A stretch of DNA of 32,000 bases. Origin: Pseudoalteromonas tetraodonis (lineage in GTDB: Bacteria > Pseudomonadota > Gammaproteobacteria > Enterobacterales > Alteromonadaceae). Shown piece by piece: positions 7,604 through 16,505 of this stretch. Location: contig NZ_CP011041.1 of the NCBI RefSeq assembly GCF_002310835.1, forward strand, positions 1,830,001-1,862,000, in the 5' to 3' direction. The position numbers and the translations under genes are program-made. Below the pieces are notes generated by a model. The model was not told where the DNA came from and did not search any database. It was given only the letters and a program-made list of their open reading frames with translations. The first letter of the stretch is position 1. Each line of letters starts with the position of its first letter.

Positions 7604-10198
7604 TTATTGTAAAGCTTTTTCAACCTTTTCAAATAAATCATCGCTTAAACCTTCTAAATTCGAAAGGCGCTCTAATTGCGCTTTCATTGCACTGGCACGG
7701 GTTTCATCATAGCGGCGCCATGACATAAACGGCGTTAACATACGTGATGCATTTTGCGGGTTAATCGCATTAAGCTTAATTAATAAATCGCCAAGTAATG
7801 TATAACCTTGACCATCTAAGCGATGAAATTGTGCGGTATTAAAGTGCGAAAAACTCCCCACTAATGCACGAACTCGATTCGGATTTGAAAAATCAAAACA
7901 TGGATGTGTATACAAGGCCTTAATTTTCTCAATGGCATCATCAGCGCTATTCATTGCTTGTAAAGCAAACCATTTATCCATTACTAGCACATCATGGCGC
8001 CATTGGCTGTCAAAATGCGCAAGTAATTGATTTGATAATGGGTGCGCAGCTTTAACTACACTGCTCAAAGCGCCAAGCACATTAGTCATATTTGTTGATG
8101 CTGCTGCCTGCTCAATTAAGCTTGCCGCCTTAGCACTGTCTGTTTTTGCTAAATAGTGCAAGCAAAGTTGTTTTAAAGCGCGAATAGCCACCGCTTTGGC
8201 ACTCACACTACCATCATCGGTGATTGCCTGATAACAACTTAAAAACTCAGTATGTAGTTGTTTGGCAATTTGTTGTTCGAATAGCTCAATATTGGCAATA
8301 ATGTCATCAACCGGAATAACGTCAAACTCCGCAGCTAAAGTATCAAAACTAGGCAGTTTTAAGAGTTCAGCAATCAGCGCTAAATCACCCTCTCGTTGCG
8401 ATATTAGCACCATAAGTGCATCAATAACGGCATCGCTTAGTGGTGCATTACTAGCTGAAATAACGTTTGCCTTGAGTGCATTAATAAACAATTGTTGTTG
8501 TGCATCCCAGCGTGAAAAGTCACTGCGTGCAAAACGCATAATATGTAATAAATCAGCTTCAGTGATCTGTTGATTCAAAATACACGGTGCTGAAAAATCT
8601 TCTAGCAATACGGCGGTTGGACTGTGTTCAATATTATCAAAATGAAATGTTTGTTTAGCTTGAGTAACATTTAATACGCTATCAACCTTTTTACCTTGGT
8701 ATTGCAATGCAATACTTTGGCCTTGCTGATCTAAAAGTTCAATCGCAAAAGGAATATGTAACATCGCATTATCAGGCTGATTCAGGGGCGCAAGTTGCTC
8801 TATAGTGAGCGTGAAGATTTGTGCACTTTCATCATACGCTTTGGTAACGTTTAAACGTGGTGTCCCACACTGATTATACCAACGCTTAAATTGTGATAAA
8901 TCAATTGATGATGCATCACTCATTGCCGCAACAAAATCATCGCAGGTAACCGCTTGGCCATCATGACGCTGAAAATACAGTGTCATGCCTTTTTGAAAAT
9001 TTTCCTCACCCAACAATGTATGCATCATACGAATAACTTCAGCCCCTTTGTCATACACTGTAACGGTGTAAAAGTTATTCATTTCGATGACTTTTTCTGG
9101 GCGTATTGGGTGTGCCATTGGGCCGGCATCTTCGCTAAATTGATGAGTGCGCATCACTTTTACCGCGTCAATTCTATTTAGCGCACGAGAGCCTAAATCA
9201 CTGCTAAACTCTTGATCTCTAAATACCGTTAAACCTTCTTTTAAAGACAGCTGAAACCAATCACGACAAGTTACACGATTTCCGGTCCAGTTATGAAAGT
9301 ACTCGTGGCCAACAATAGACTCAATGGTGTGGTAATCTTTATCGGTTGCCGTTTCTTGATTTGCCAGCACACATTTGCTGTTGAAAATGTTTAACCCTTT
9401 ATTTTCCATTGCTCCCATATTGAAAAAATCAACGGCAACAATCATATAAATATCAAGGTCATACTCTAAATTAAAACGTGACTCATCCCAAGCCATCGCT
9501 TTTTTAAGCGACGTCATAGCATGCTCTGTTTTAGGTAAGTTTCCTTTATCGACAAATAACGCTAGGGTGACATCCTTACCACTGCGGGTAGTGTATTTAT
9601 CGTGTAAAACATCAAAGTCCCCTGCCACTAGAGCAAACAAATAACTCGGCTTTTTGAACGGATCTTGCCATTTTACAAAATGGCGTCCATCTTGCGTTTC
9701 ACCACTGTCCACTTGGTTACCATTAGAGAGCAAATGCGGAAATGCCGTATCGGCAATAATAGTGACATCAAAAGTTGAAAGTACATCAGGGCGATCCATG
9801 TAGTAGGTTATTTTTCTAAACCCTTGCGCTTCACATTGAGTACAATAAGCGCCTCTCGATAAGTACAACCCCTCAAGTGATGTGTTTGTTTGCGGTGAAG
9901 TTTGCGTCACTATGCTTAACTGACATTCATCAGGCAGATTATTAATGATTAATTGCTGATTTATAATTTTATAATCTGTGAGCTCTGCACCGTCAATCGA
10001 TAAAGAGAGCAGGGTTAAGTCAATGCCATCTAATACCAGGGGGGCATTTGAATCACCCACGCGTTTAAGCGTTAATAAAGCATTTACTTGAGTCGTTAAT
10101 GGCTGTAAGTCGAAAGTCAGCTCAGTATGCTCGATTGAAAAATCAGGGGCTTTATAGTCTTTTAAATATTCTGCTTGAGGTTTTTGTAGTTCAGTCAT
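7604..10198 (-). CDS. pepN: aminopeptidase N (M1 family)
   Basis: Contains the GAMEN exopeptidase motif and HEYFHNWTGNRVTCRDWFQLSLKEG (HExxH-18-E). About 864 aa. Start moved to the ATG at 10198 (GGAG, then 5 nt); the resulting N-terminus MTELQKPQAEYLKDYKAPDF parallels E. coli PepN. Confidence 0.95.
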   Translation of the reverse strand: MTELQKPQAEYLKDYKAPDFSIEHTELTFDLQPLTTQVNALLTLKRVGDSNAPLVLDGIDLTLLSLSIDGAELTDYKIINQQLIINNLPDECQLSIVTQTSPQTNTSLEGLYLSRGAYCTQCEAQGFRKITYYMDRPDVLSTFDVTIIADTAFPHLLSNGNQVDSGETQDGRHFVKWQDPFKKPSYLFALVAGDFDVLHDKYTTRSGKDVTLALFVDKGNLPKTEHAMTSLKKAMAWDESRFNLEYDLDIYMIVAVDFFNMGAMENKGLNIFNSKCVLANQETATDKDYHTIESIVGHEYFHNWTGNRVTCRDWFQLSLKEGLTVFRDQEFSSDLGSRALNRIDAVKVMRTHQFSEDAGPMAHPIRPEKVIEMNNFYTVTVYDKGAEVIRMMHTLLGEENFQKGMTLYFQRHDGQAVTCDDFVAAMSDASSIDLSQFKRWYNQCGTPRLNVTKAYDESAQIFTLTIEQLAPLNQPDNAMLHIPFAIELLDQQGQSIALQYQGKKVDSVLNVTQAKQTFHFDNIEHSPTAVLLEDFSAPCILNQQITEADLLHIMRFARSDFSRWDAQQQLFINALKANVISASNAPLSDAVIDALMVLISQREGDLALIAELLKLPSFDTLAAEFDVIPVDDIIANIELFEQQIAKQLHTEFLSCYQAITDDGSVSAKAVAIRALKQLCLHYLAKTDSAKAASLIEQAAASTNMTNVLGALSSVVKAAHPLSNQLLAHFDSQWRHDVLVMDKWFALQAMNSADDAIEKIKALYTHPCFDFSNPNRVRALVGSFSHFNTAQFHRLDGQGYTLLGDLLIKLNAINPQNASRMLTPFMSWRRYDETRASAMKAQLERLSNLEGLSDDLFEKVEKALQ

Positions 10199-10207
10199 GA
10201 TCACTCC

Positions 10208-10242
10208 AAAAAAATAGCCCCTTTTAGTGATAAAAGGAGCTA
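10208..10242 (-). terminator. rho-independent terminator after nhaC
   Basis: Minus-strand RNA reads TAGCTCCTTTT-ATCACT-AAAAGGGGCTA (1 mismatch) followed by TTTTTTT. It lies directly between the nhaC stop and the pepN SD. Confidence 0.6.
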
Positions 10243-10248
10243 CTTAAA

Positions 10249-11712
10249 TTAAGCCGTTTGCTTAGGCTTGATACGCAGTATCTTAATACCTAAGTAAGCA
10301 TAAATAACGGCTAAGAAAGGATTTATAAGGTTGAAAAATGCATAAAGTGCATAATCAAACGGATTGATTAATAGGACACTTTGCATATACGCACCACAGG
10401 TATTCCATGGTATGAGCGGGCTGGTAATTGTGCCACCATCTTCTAGTGTGCGTGACAAATTAACCGGCTTTAACCCGCGCTTTTTATATTCTTCTTTAAA
10501 CATACGCCCGGGTACAACAATAGCAATATACTGATCGGCTGCGATAATATTGGTACCAATACAGGTAGCAATAGTTGAAGCAATTAATGAACCGGTACTT
10601 TTTGCGATTTTAAGAATACTTTTAACAAATATATCAAGTAGACCCGTTTTTTCCATAATCGCACCAAACATAAGTGCCGTCATGATCAACCATGTGGTTG
10701 TTAGCATGCCTGACATGCCACCGCCACTGAGCAAAGAGTCCATTTTTTCATCACCGGTACTAATAGTAAAACCGTCAAAAAAGGTGGTCCAAACCAGTTT
10801 AAAGTAACCAACAAACTCGCCTTGAGTCATATCTATTTGGTTAGCAATTAAATCAGATTGAAATAACAATGCCCATACAGCCCCTATTACAGCGCCAATA
10901 GAAATAGCCGGAAACGCTGGCATTTTTCTTATTGCTAAGACTAGTAACACAATTAAAGGCATCAACATTTCTAAACCAATATTAAAGTTTTGTTGAAGAA
11001 TTGATGTTATTTCATCAATTTGACCCGACTCGCCTGCCGCGGTGGCATTGAAGCCCATAAATACAAAAATGATTAATGCAATCACAAAGCTTGGAACAGT
11101 TGTCCATAACATATGGTGAATGTGTTCAAATAAATCAGCGCCAGCAACAGCCGGTGCTAAATTGGTTGTTTCTGACAATGGGCTAAGCTTGTCGCCAAAG
11201 TAAGCGCCTGATATAACTGCACCGGCGGTAACTGTCGGCTCTAGGCCAAGTCCAGAAGCAACGCCAAGTAATGCGACACCTATGGTCGCTGCCGTGGTCC
11301 ACGAACTACCAATACTCATTGCTACAATGCCACAAATTAAACAACTCGCGGCGTAAAACCAGCTAGGGTTGATAATTTGTAAGCCGTAATAAATTAAGGT
11401 CGGAACCGTTCCTGATAATAACCATGTTCCGATAAGTGCCCCCACCATGAGTAAAATTAAAATAGCGCTAAGAGATAAGGTAATTCCCTCAATCATTGCA
11501 TCTTCTAATTTTTTCCATGTGTAGCCATTTTTTAAACCAATCAGTGCTGCAGCAAAAGTTGCAAACAGTAATGCAATTTGATTCGGGCCTGATGATGAAT
11601 CATCGCCAAATAAGTACACGGCGGCACCTAACAAACAAATTAATACAGCAATTGGAATGAGTGCATCAAAAAGTGTGGCACTTTTAAGTGGTTTTTCTTC
11701 AATGGGCTTCAA
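10249..11712 (-). CDS. nhaC: Na+/H+ antiporter, NhaC family
   Basis: Polytopic membrane protein of about 487 aa with NhaC-like sequence. The likely start is the TTG at 11712, preceded by AGGAG at 8 nt. The longest ORF would begin at the GTG at 11763. Confidence 0.8.
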   Translation of the reverse strand: MKPIEEKPLKSATLFDALIPIAVLICLLGAAVYLFGDDSSSGPNQIALLFATFAAALIGLKNGYTWKKLEDAMIEGITLSLSAILILLMVGALIGTWLLSGTVPTLIYYGLQIINPSWFYAASCLICGIVAMSIGSSWTTAATIGVALLGVASGLGLEPTVTAGAVISGAYFGDKLSPLSETTNLAPAVAGADLFEHIHHMLWTTVPSFVIALIIFVFMGFNATAAGESGQIDEITSILQQNFNIGLEMLMPLIVLLVLAIRKMPAFPAISIGAVIGAVWALLFQSDLIANQIDMTQGEFVGYFKLVWTTFFDGFTISTGDEKMDSLLSGGGMSGMLTTTWLIMTALMFGAIMEKTGLLDIFVKSILKIAKSTGSLIASTIATCIGTNIIAADQYIAIVVPGRMFKEEYKKRGLKPVNLSRTLEDGGTITSPLIPWNTCGAYMQSVLLINPFDYALYAFFNLINPFLAVIYAYLGIKILRIKPKQTA

Positions 11713-11845
11713 AATATAGACTCCTACACACATTCGATGCATGTTGATTATTTTTATTAGCACGTACGCGCATTTATTGAGCAGTGTTGATCTAGCTCAA
11801 CTTTTGGTAATCCGCGATTATAACAATTTAGCAAATTATCGATAG

Positions 11846-11874
11846 TAAAAAAGGCGCCTAAGCGCCTTTTTTTT
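11846..11874 (-). terminator. rho-independent (bidirectional-looking) terminator after prc
   Basis: AAAAAAGGCGC-CTAA-GCGCCTTTTTTTT, about 20 nt past the prc stop. Confidence 0.7.
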
Positions 11875-11891
11875 AACGGGCAAAGCCTTAA

Positions 11892-13916
11892 TTAGCGCTT
11901 AGCCATACGACCGTATCTAATATAATCTTGCGTTATTAGTGCCGCTTCTTCAAGGAATGGGTCGAGCTTTTCAATCACCTCTGGTACATCGTCAAGGTTT
12001 TCTACTGGCTCTTTACCTAAACGTTTTAAACGCTCGTTAGTACGAGCTAATGCACGTGCCTCATTTTCTTCTTTTTCTTTAATACGTTTTTTCTCAACTA
12101 AAGAAATCGTTTTACGATCTTTTTCTTCGTTGTAACGGGTAATATCTTCAAATACATAATTAAATTCAGGCTCTGTTTTAATTCGCTCATCATGTTGTTT
12201 TTCAAGATGACTGATGACCGGATCTAAACGCCCTATTTGTTTATACTGTGCTTTTACTATGCTATCCCATGGCAATGCATTGTCTTGTTTGCTTTCGCCC
12301 CACTCAGCTGGGTCAATGGCAGATGGGAACGTAATATCTGGGATCACACCTTTATGCTGCGTACTGCCGCCGTTGATACGGTAAAACTTAGCAATGGTGT
12401 ATTGCACACTGCCTAGCGGGTTATCGTATAAATCATAAGCGCGTGCGAGGCCTTTATGCTGCTGCACAGTGCCTTTACCAAAGGTTTGTTCACCTATGAT
12501 AACTGCGCGGCCATAGTCTTGCATTGCCGCTGCAAATATTTCAGATGCAGACGCGCTGTATCTATCAACAAGTACCGTCAGTGGGCCATCGTAATAGGTA
12601 ATGCCATCACGGTCTTTTTGCTCTTCAATGCGATTATTTAATGTATGAATTTGTACCACTGGGCCTTGATCAAAAAACAAGCCTGACAATTGCGTCGCTT
12701 CATATAGCGAACCACCGCCATTTTGACGTAGGTCTATAATAATACCGTCAACTTTTTGCTCTTTTAATTTAGCAAGTTCTACTTTTACATCTTTAGAAAG
12801 GTTGTTGTAAAAACCAGGGATTTCAATTACTCCAATCTTACTGGTTAGATCCGAATAGCTGGCTTCAAATACTTCTGATTTTGCTGCTCGGTCTTCCAGA
12901 CGAATTTTATCACGGGTAATCTCAACTACCTTTGGCGTACCGTGAGCATCAGCACCCTTTAAATATTGTAAACGTACTTTAGTGCCTTTAGGACCTTTTA
13001 TAAGATCAACCACGTCATCTAAACGCCAACCAATAACATCAACAAACTCTTCGCCCTCTTGAGCCACACCAATAATGCGATCATCGGCTTTAATCTGCTC
13101 AGATTTGTCTGCAGGGCCTCCTGGAACTAGACTACGAATAACCGTGTAGTCTTCATCAGGCGTTAATACTGCGCCAATCCCCTCAAGCTCTAAGTCCATG
13201 TCCATTTTAAATTGTTCAGCACGACGAGGTGACAAGTATGAAGTGTGCGCTTCAATACTGCGTGCTAGCGAGTTCATTACAATTTGAAATGCGTCTTCAG
13301 ATTTTGACTGAACAAGGCGTTTTTCTGCGTTTTTATAGCGCTTAGTCAACACCTCTTTAATGCCTGGCCAATCTTTGCCAGTCATTTTTAAACGCAGTGC
13401 ATCATATTTTACCCGTTCGCGCCAAATTTCATCAAGCTCAGCTTGGGTAGTTGCCCACGGTGCATCTTCGCGGTCATAAAAATATTCATCTTCTTCGTCA
13501 AACGTCATTTCGTTTTCAAGTAGCGACAGTGAAAATTCATAACGTTCAAAACGGCGTTTAAGGCTTAAGTTGAAAATATCAAACGTAAACCCTAACTGGC
13601 CGCTAAGAAGCGCGTTATCAAAACGGTTACGATATTGCTCAAATGAGTCTACATCGCTTTTTAAAAACACGCTTTTATTAAAATCAAGGGATTCGATGTA
13701 ACGATCAAATACTTTACTCGAAAGCTCATCGTTAAATCGAACGGGTGTGTAATGTGAACGAGTAAATAGATTAGCCACTCGTTTGCTGGCTGTACCGTGC
13801 TGACTTTCTTGTTTTAACAAGGGTAAGTCTTCTAATGTTACCGGCTCTACTGCAGCAAATAACGAACCTGAAAACAGCGCAGCAACTAACGGAATGAGCG
13901 TAAACTTTTTACTCAT
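11892..13916 (-). CDS. prc: carboxy-terminal processing (tail-specific) protease, S41 family
   Basis: About 674 aa with signal peptide and a PDZ region. S41 catalytic context: SASASEIF and TFGKGTVQ. Start set to the ATG at 13916 (AAGGAG, then 6 nt). The proQ-prc order matches E. coli. Confidence 0.95.
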   Translation of the reverse strand: MSKKFTLIPLVAALFSGSLFAAVEPVTLEDLPLLKQESQHGTASKRVANLFTRSHYTPVRFNDELSSKVFDRYIESLDFNKSVFLKSDVDSFEQYRNRFDNALLSGQLGFTFDIFNLSLKRRFERYEFSLSLLENEMTFDEEDEYFYDREDAPWATTQAELDEIWRERVKYDALRLKMTGKDWPGIKEVLTKRYKNAEKRLVQSKSEDAFQIVMNSLARSIEAHTSYLSPRRAEQFKMDMDLELEGIGAVLTPDEDYTVIRSLVPGGPADKSEQIKADDRIIGVAQEGEEFVDVIGWRLDDVVDLIKGPKGTKVRLQYLKGADAHGTPKVVEITRDKIRLEDRAAKSEVFEASYSDLTSKIGVIEIPGFYNNLSKDVKVELAKLKEQKVDGIIIDLRQNGGGSLYEATQLSGLFFDQGPVVQIHTLNNRIEEQKDRDGITYYDGPLTVLVDRYSASASEIFAAAMQDYGRAVIIGEQTFGKGTVQQHKGLARAYDLYDNPLGSVQYTIAKFYRINGGSTQHKGVIPDITFPSAIDPAEWGESKQDNALPWDSIVKAQYKQIGRLDPVISHLEKQHDERIKTEPEFNYVFEDITRYNEEKDRKTISLVEKKRIKEKEENEARALARTNERLKRLGKEPVENLDDVPEVIEKLDPFLEEAALITQDYIRYGRMAKR

Positions 13917-13943
13917 ACACAACTCCTTAATTTTTTTCGCAAC

Positions 13944-14582
13944 TTAAATAATGTATAAGCTGTCGGCTTTGGTTTTTACTTGCATACCTGTCACTAGTTC
14001 AACGTGAACATCGTCTTTGTTTACTTCAGTGATTACTGCATTAACAAGTGCTTGGCCAAGTTTAACTTTAACCTTGTTATTAACCTTGACCTCGCCTGCA
14101 GGTAAAGGTTCAACTTTTCCTGAACGCTTAGGCGCAGCGGCTTTGGCAGGTTTTGCTGCAGCTGATGGATTTTTAGCTGAATGCGCTGGCTTCTTCTTAA
14201 AAGATTTTGCATCTGAATCTTGACGAGGGCGTTGCTGCTTTTTGCGTTTTGCCATTTTAGCACGGCTTTCTTCCAACGCTTTTTGTGCGTGGTCGATATG
14301 CTCTTGCTCAACTTTCTCGCCTTGATTTCCGTCAAGATCAATACGGAACTCAGATTTAGTAACCGCTTCAAGATAGCGCCAGTTAGATGTGTATTTTCTA
14401 AGTGCTTGGCGTACTTGTGTTTTACTAACTTTTTCAGAGCCTTCAATACGCTCAGCGATATCTTTAAAGATACCTACTTTAAGCGGCTGAATGCCTTCTT
14501 TTTGTTTAAAACATTGTGGAAATTCTTGGTATAAGAACTCCAATACTTCATTAATATCTTTTAGCTTGTTTGTGGTTTCCAT
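13944..14582 (-). CDS. proQ: RNA chaperone ProQ (FinO/ProQ family)
   Basis: The N-terminus METTNKLKDINEVLEFLYQEFPQCF parallels E. coli ProQ. It also has a K/A/P-rich linker and a C-terminal Tudor-like domain. Confidence 0.9.
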   Translation of the reverse strand: METTNKLKDINEVLEFLYQEFPQCFKQKEGIQPLKVGIFKDIAERIEGSEKVSKTQVRQALRKYTSNWRYLEAVTKSEFRIDLDGNQGEKVEQEHIDHAQKALEESRAKMAKRKKQQRPRQDSDAKSFKKKPAHSAKNPSAAAKPAKAAAPKRSGKVEPLPAGEVKVNNKVKVKLGQALVNAVITEVNKDDVHVELVTGMQVKTKADSLYII

Positions 14583-14598
14583 TTTAGAACCTATTTAA

Positions 14599-14877
14599 TC
14601 ACATCTTTTCATCAAGGGCAGAATCAACATAGTGGATGCTCCAATCAACTAACTCTTCAAAGTCAGTTTCAATCACAGCCATATCACCACGTAAATGTTC
14701 CCAAATACCATTTATAATTTCATCAATTGAATCACAGTCTAAATCATCAGGTAGACGATCCCAGGCCATGTGAATCAAATCATTGAGCGTTTCCGCTACA
14801 TGTTCTTCTTCACCTTCCCAATCACCTACATCTTGAACGGCGAATAGGTAATCTTGAACATTTAGCAAATCTTTCAT
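14599..14877 (-). CDS. hypothetical hyper-acidic small protein
   Basis: 92 aa with about 27 D/E against 4 K/R (hand count). The ATG overlaps the stop of the upstream GAF gene (TAATG). I recognise no family. Confidence 0.55.
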   Translation of the reverse strand: MKDLLNVQDYLFAVQDVGDWEGEEEHVAETLNDLIHMAWDRLPDDLDCDSIDEIINGIWEHLRGDMAVIETDFEELVDWSIHYVDSALDEKM

Positions 14878-15335
14878 TACAGGCTAGCCTCTAAGCATTT
14901 TACAAGTGCTTCAAGCCCTGCTTGGTCATCAGTATCAAATCGGCCAATACTTGGGCTATCTATATCAAGTACCGCAAATACACGGCCGTTTTTCATGATA
15001 GGTACAACTATCTCAGAATTTGACGCCGCATCACAGGCTATATGACCGTCAAACGCATGCACATCTGAAATTAACTGGGTTTGCTCGGTTGCCGCAGCAG
15101 TGCCACATACCCCTTTCCCTACCGGAATACGAATACAAGCTGGATTGCCTTGAAATGGACCAAGTACCAATTCTGTCGGTGAATCCATAAAATAAAAGCC
15201 CGCCCAATTCACATCTTCTAAAGAAGTAAATAACAGCGCGCTAATATTTGCCATATTGGCAATTATGTTTGATTCACCGCCTATCAGCGATTCAGTTTGC
15301 TTAACTAATGACTGGTAAAAATCGTGCTTTTGCAT
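14877..15335 (-). CDS. msrC: GAF-domain free methionine-(R)-sulfoxide reductase (YebR/MsrC type)
   Basis: 152 aa. Conserved fRMsr-like context ACIRIPVGKGVCGTAA and HIACDAASNSEIVVPI. Its position next to proQ-prc matches many gammaproteobacteria. Confidence 0.8.
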   Translation of the reverse strand: MQKHDFYQSLVKQTESLIGGESNIIANMANISALLFTSLEDVNWAGFYFMDSPTELVLGPFQGNPACIRIPVGKGVCGTAAATEQTQLISDVHAFDGHIACDAASNSEIVVPIMKNGRVFAVLDIDSPSIGRFDTDDQAGLEALVKCLEASL

Positions 15336-15475
15336 ACCAAACTACTTCTTATTAAACATACAGTAGCTAAAGGTACTCTTTGTCACTAAAAATTGAAACC
15401 TTTTGCGGGTAAAAAAAAGGAAATTACATGGTTTTACGACACACTTGATTAAATATTCTGCAATTAGCTTTGTAC

Positions 15476-15844
15476 CTATTTACGCAAGCCAAATAAAAAC
15501 AGTCCTGCAGCAAATCCCGACATCACACTATTGATTAAAAATATCTCGCCAGTAGTCGCACTAAGCAGATAGCTAAAAATAGCGCCACCCAGTAAGCCAA
15601 GAGTTAATACCCCAGAATAATTCACCTTAGAATACTTAAACATAAGTAAGTAGCCTGGCACCACAAACGCAGCCATTGTTAACCCTACTATGTGGGCATT
15701 AGCAATGGCCGTCATCAATAGTCCTAAAAAGATAGACACCGCGTCACCACGCATAGTCAATGCGTAATATATTCCTAGCATACTGCCGATAATAACAGGA
15801 GATAATAATGAAAGTGCGACGCTTTTAGCAAGTTGATGTTTCAT
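15476..15844 (-). CDS. hypothetical small integral membrane protein (about 4 TM)
   Basis: 122 aa from the ATG at 15844 (AAGG SD about 10 nt upstream); the longest ORF starts at 15889. It has four hydrophobic segments and I recognise no family. Confidence 0.5.
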   Translation of the reverse strand: MKHQLAKSVALSLLSPVIIGSMLGIYYALTMRGDAVSIFLGLLMTAIANAHIVGLTMAAFVVPGYLLMFKYSKVNYSGVLTLGLLGGAIFSYLLSATTGEIFLINSVMSGFAAGLFLFGLRK

Positions 15845-15984
15845 AGTAAGAACCTTAAATACACAAGCATAAATCTTATTTCTTAGCATGCCCTAAGAGC
15901 TGTAGCTTATAAATAGAGACTATGGTCGTATTTTTTAACTATAAATATACTTGGTTTTGAGGTTAGGTATAGCGAAAATTAGAC

Positions 15985-16012
15985 ACAAAAAAGCCCGCTA
16001 ATAAGCGGGCTT
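15985..16012 (-). terminator. rho-independent terminator after the tRNA-Ser pair
   Basis: Minus-strand RNA reads AGCCCGC-TTATTA-GCGGGCT followed by TTTTTT, about 10 nt after the 3' end of the distal tRNA. Confidence 0.65.
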
Positions 16013-16020
16013 TAATATAA

Positions 16021-16111
16021 TGGTGGAGAGATAGGGATTTGAACCCTAGAGGGGCTATAAACCCCTGCCGGTTTTCAAGACCGGTGCATTCGACCACTCT
16101 GCCATCTCTCC
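16021..16111 (-). tRNA. serT: tRNA-Ser (anticodon UGA), copy 1
   Basis: The reverse complement folds as a class II cloverleaf. Acceptor GGAGAGA/TCTCTCC; anticodon arm CCGGT-CTTGAAA-ACCGG (anticodon TGA); long variable arm AGGGG..CCCCT; T arm TAGGG-TTCAAAT-CCCTA; encoded CCA. Confidence 0.95.
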
Positions 16112-16162
16112 GAAAGTGCATAAACTACAAGTAAGAGAGTACTCATAGTTATTTTAATAAGG

Positions 16163-16253
16163 TGGTGGAGAGATAGGGATTTGAACCCTAGAGGGGCTAT
16201 AAACCCCTGCCGGTTTTCAAGACCGGTGCATTCGACCACTCTGCCATCTCTCC
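16163..16253 (-). tRNA. serT: tRNA-Ser (anticodon UGA), copy 2 (identical to copy 1)
   Basis: Exact 91-nt repeat of copy 1, separated from it by a 51-nt spacer. Confidence 0.95.
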
Positions 16254-16264
16254 GCACGGCCTGA

Positions 16265-16293
16265 ATAATAGGGAAACCCATGGGCTTTGTGAA
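16265..16293 (-). promoter_or_regulatory. putative sigma70 promoter of the tRNA-Ser operon
   Basis: Minus strand reads TTCACA-17 nt-TATTAT, followed by a GC-rich discriminator (CAGGCCGTGC) and preceded by an A/T tract (UP-like). The predicted TSS is a few nt before the tRNA 5' end. Confidence 0.5.
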
Positions 16294-16505
16294 GCTTTTT
16301 TTTCAATTATTTGTTCAAGTGATTAAAAAACAACTAATTTGTTTAAACATAAAGCAAAAAGGGCGATTCCTATACGCCGAGTGAACTTTTATTTAAATTT
16401 AGTTGTCTATTGATCTACAAAGGTTTGCCCAAACATATAAGAGTTGGTAATCTAATTTTAGTTAAATTACAGGAACTACTTAGTTTCACTTACAGGAGCT
16501 CTACA

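Noticed and set aside
8262-9181. Plus-strand ORFs 8262..8573 and 8954..9181 inside pepN
   Set aside because: They are antisense shadow ORFs within a CDS carrying unambiguous GAMEN/HExxH-E motifs.
10550-12641. Plus-strand ORFs 10550..10807 (in nhaC) and 12456..12641 (in prc)
   Set aside because: They are antisense shadow ORFs inside well-supported CDS.
14017-14534. Alternative-frame and antisense ORFs within proQ (14033..14446 minus, 14017..14223 plus, 14220..14534 plus)
   Set aside because: They arise from the K/A/P-rich low-complexity linker of proQ. The proQ frame has clear homology at both termini, and nothing supports an overlapping gene.
16075-16281. 68-aa minus-strand ORF
   Set aside because: It is composed almost entirely of the two tRNA-Ser genes and their spacer, so it is not a protein gene.
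15336-16400. tRNA-Ser locus as an integration site for a genomic island or prophage
   Set aside because: There is no integrase and no direct repeat of the tRNA 3' end in the flanks. I see no compositional shift by eye, and the neighbours (yccA, tus genes, msrC) are core genes in E. coli-like synteny.
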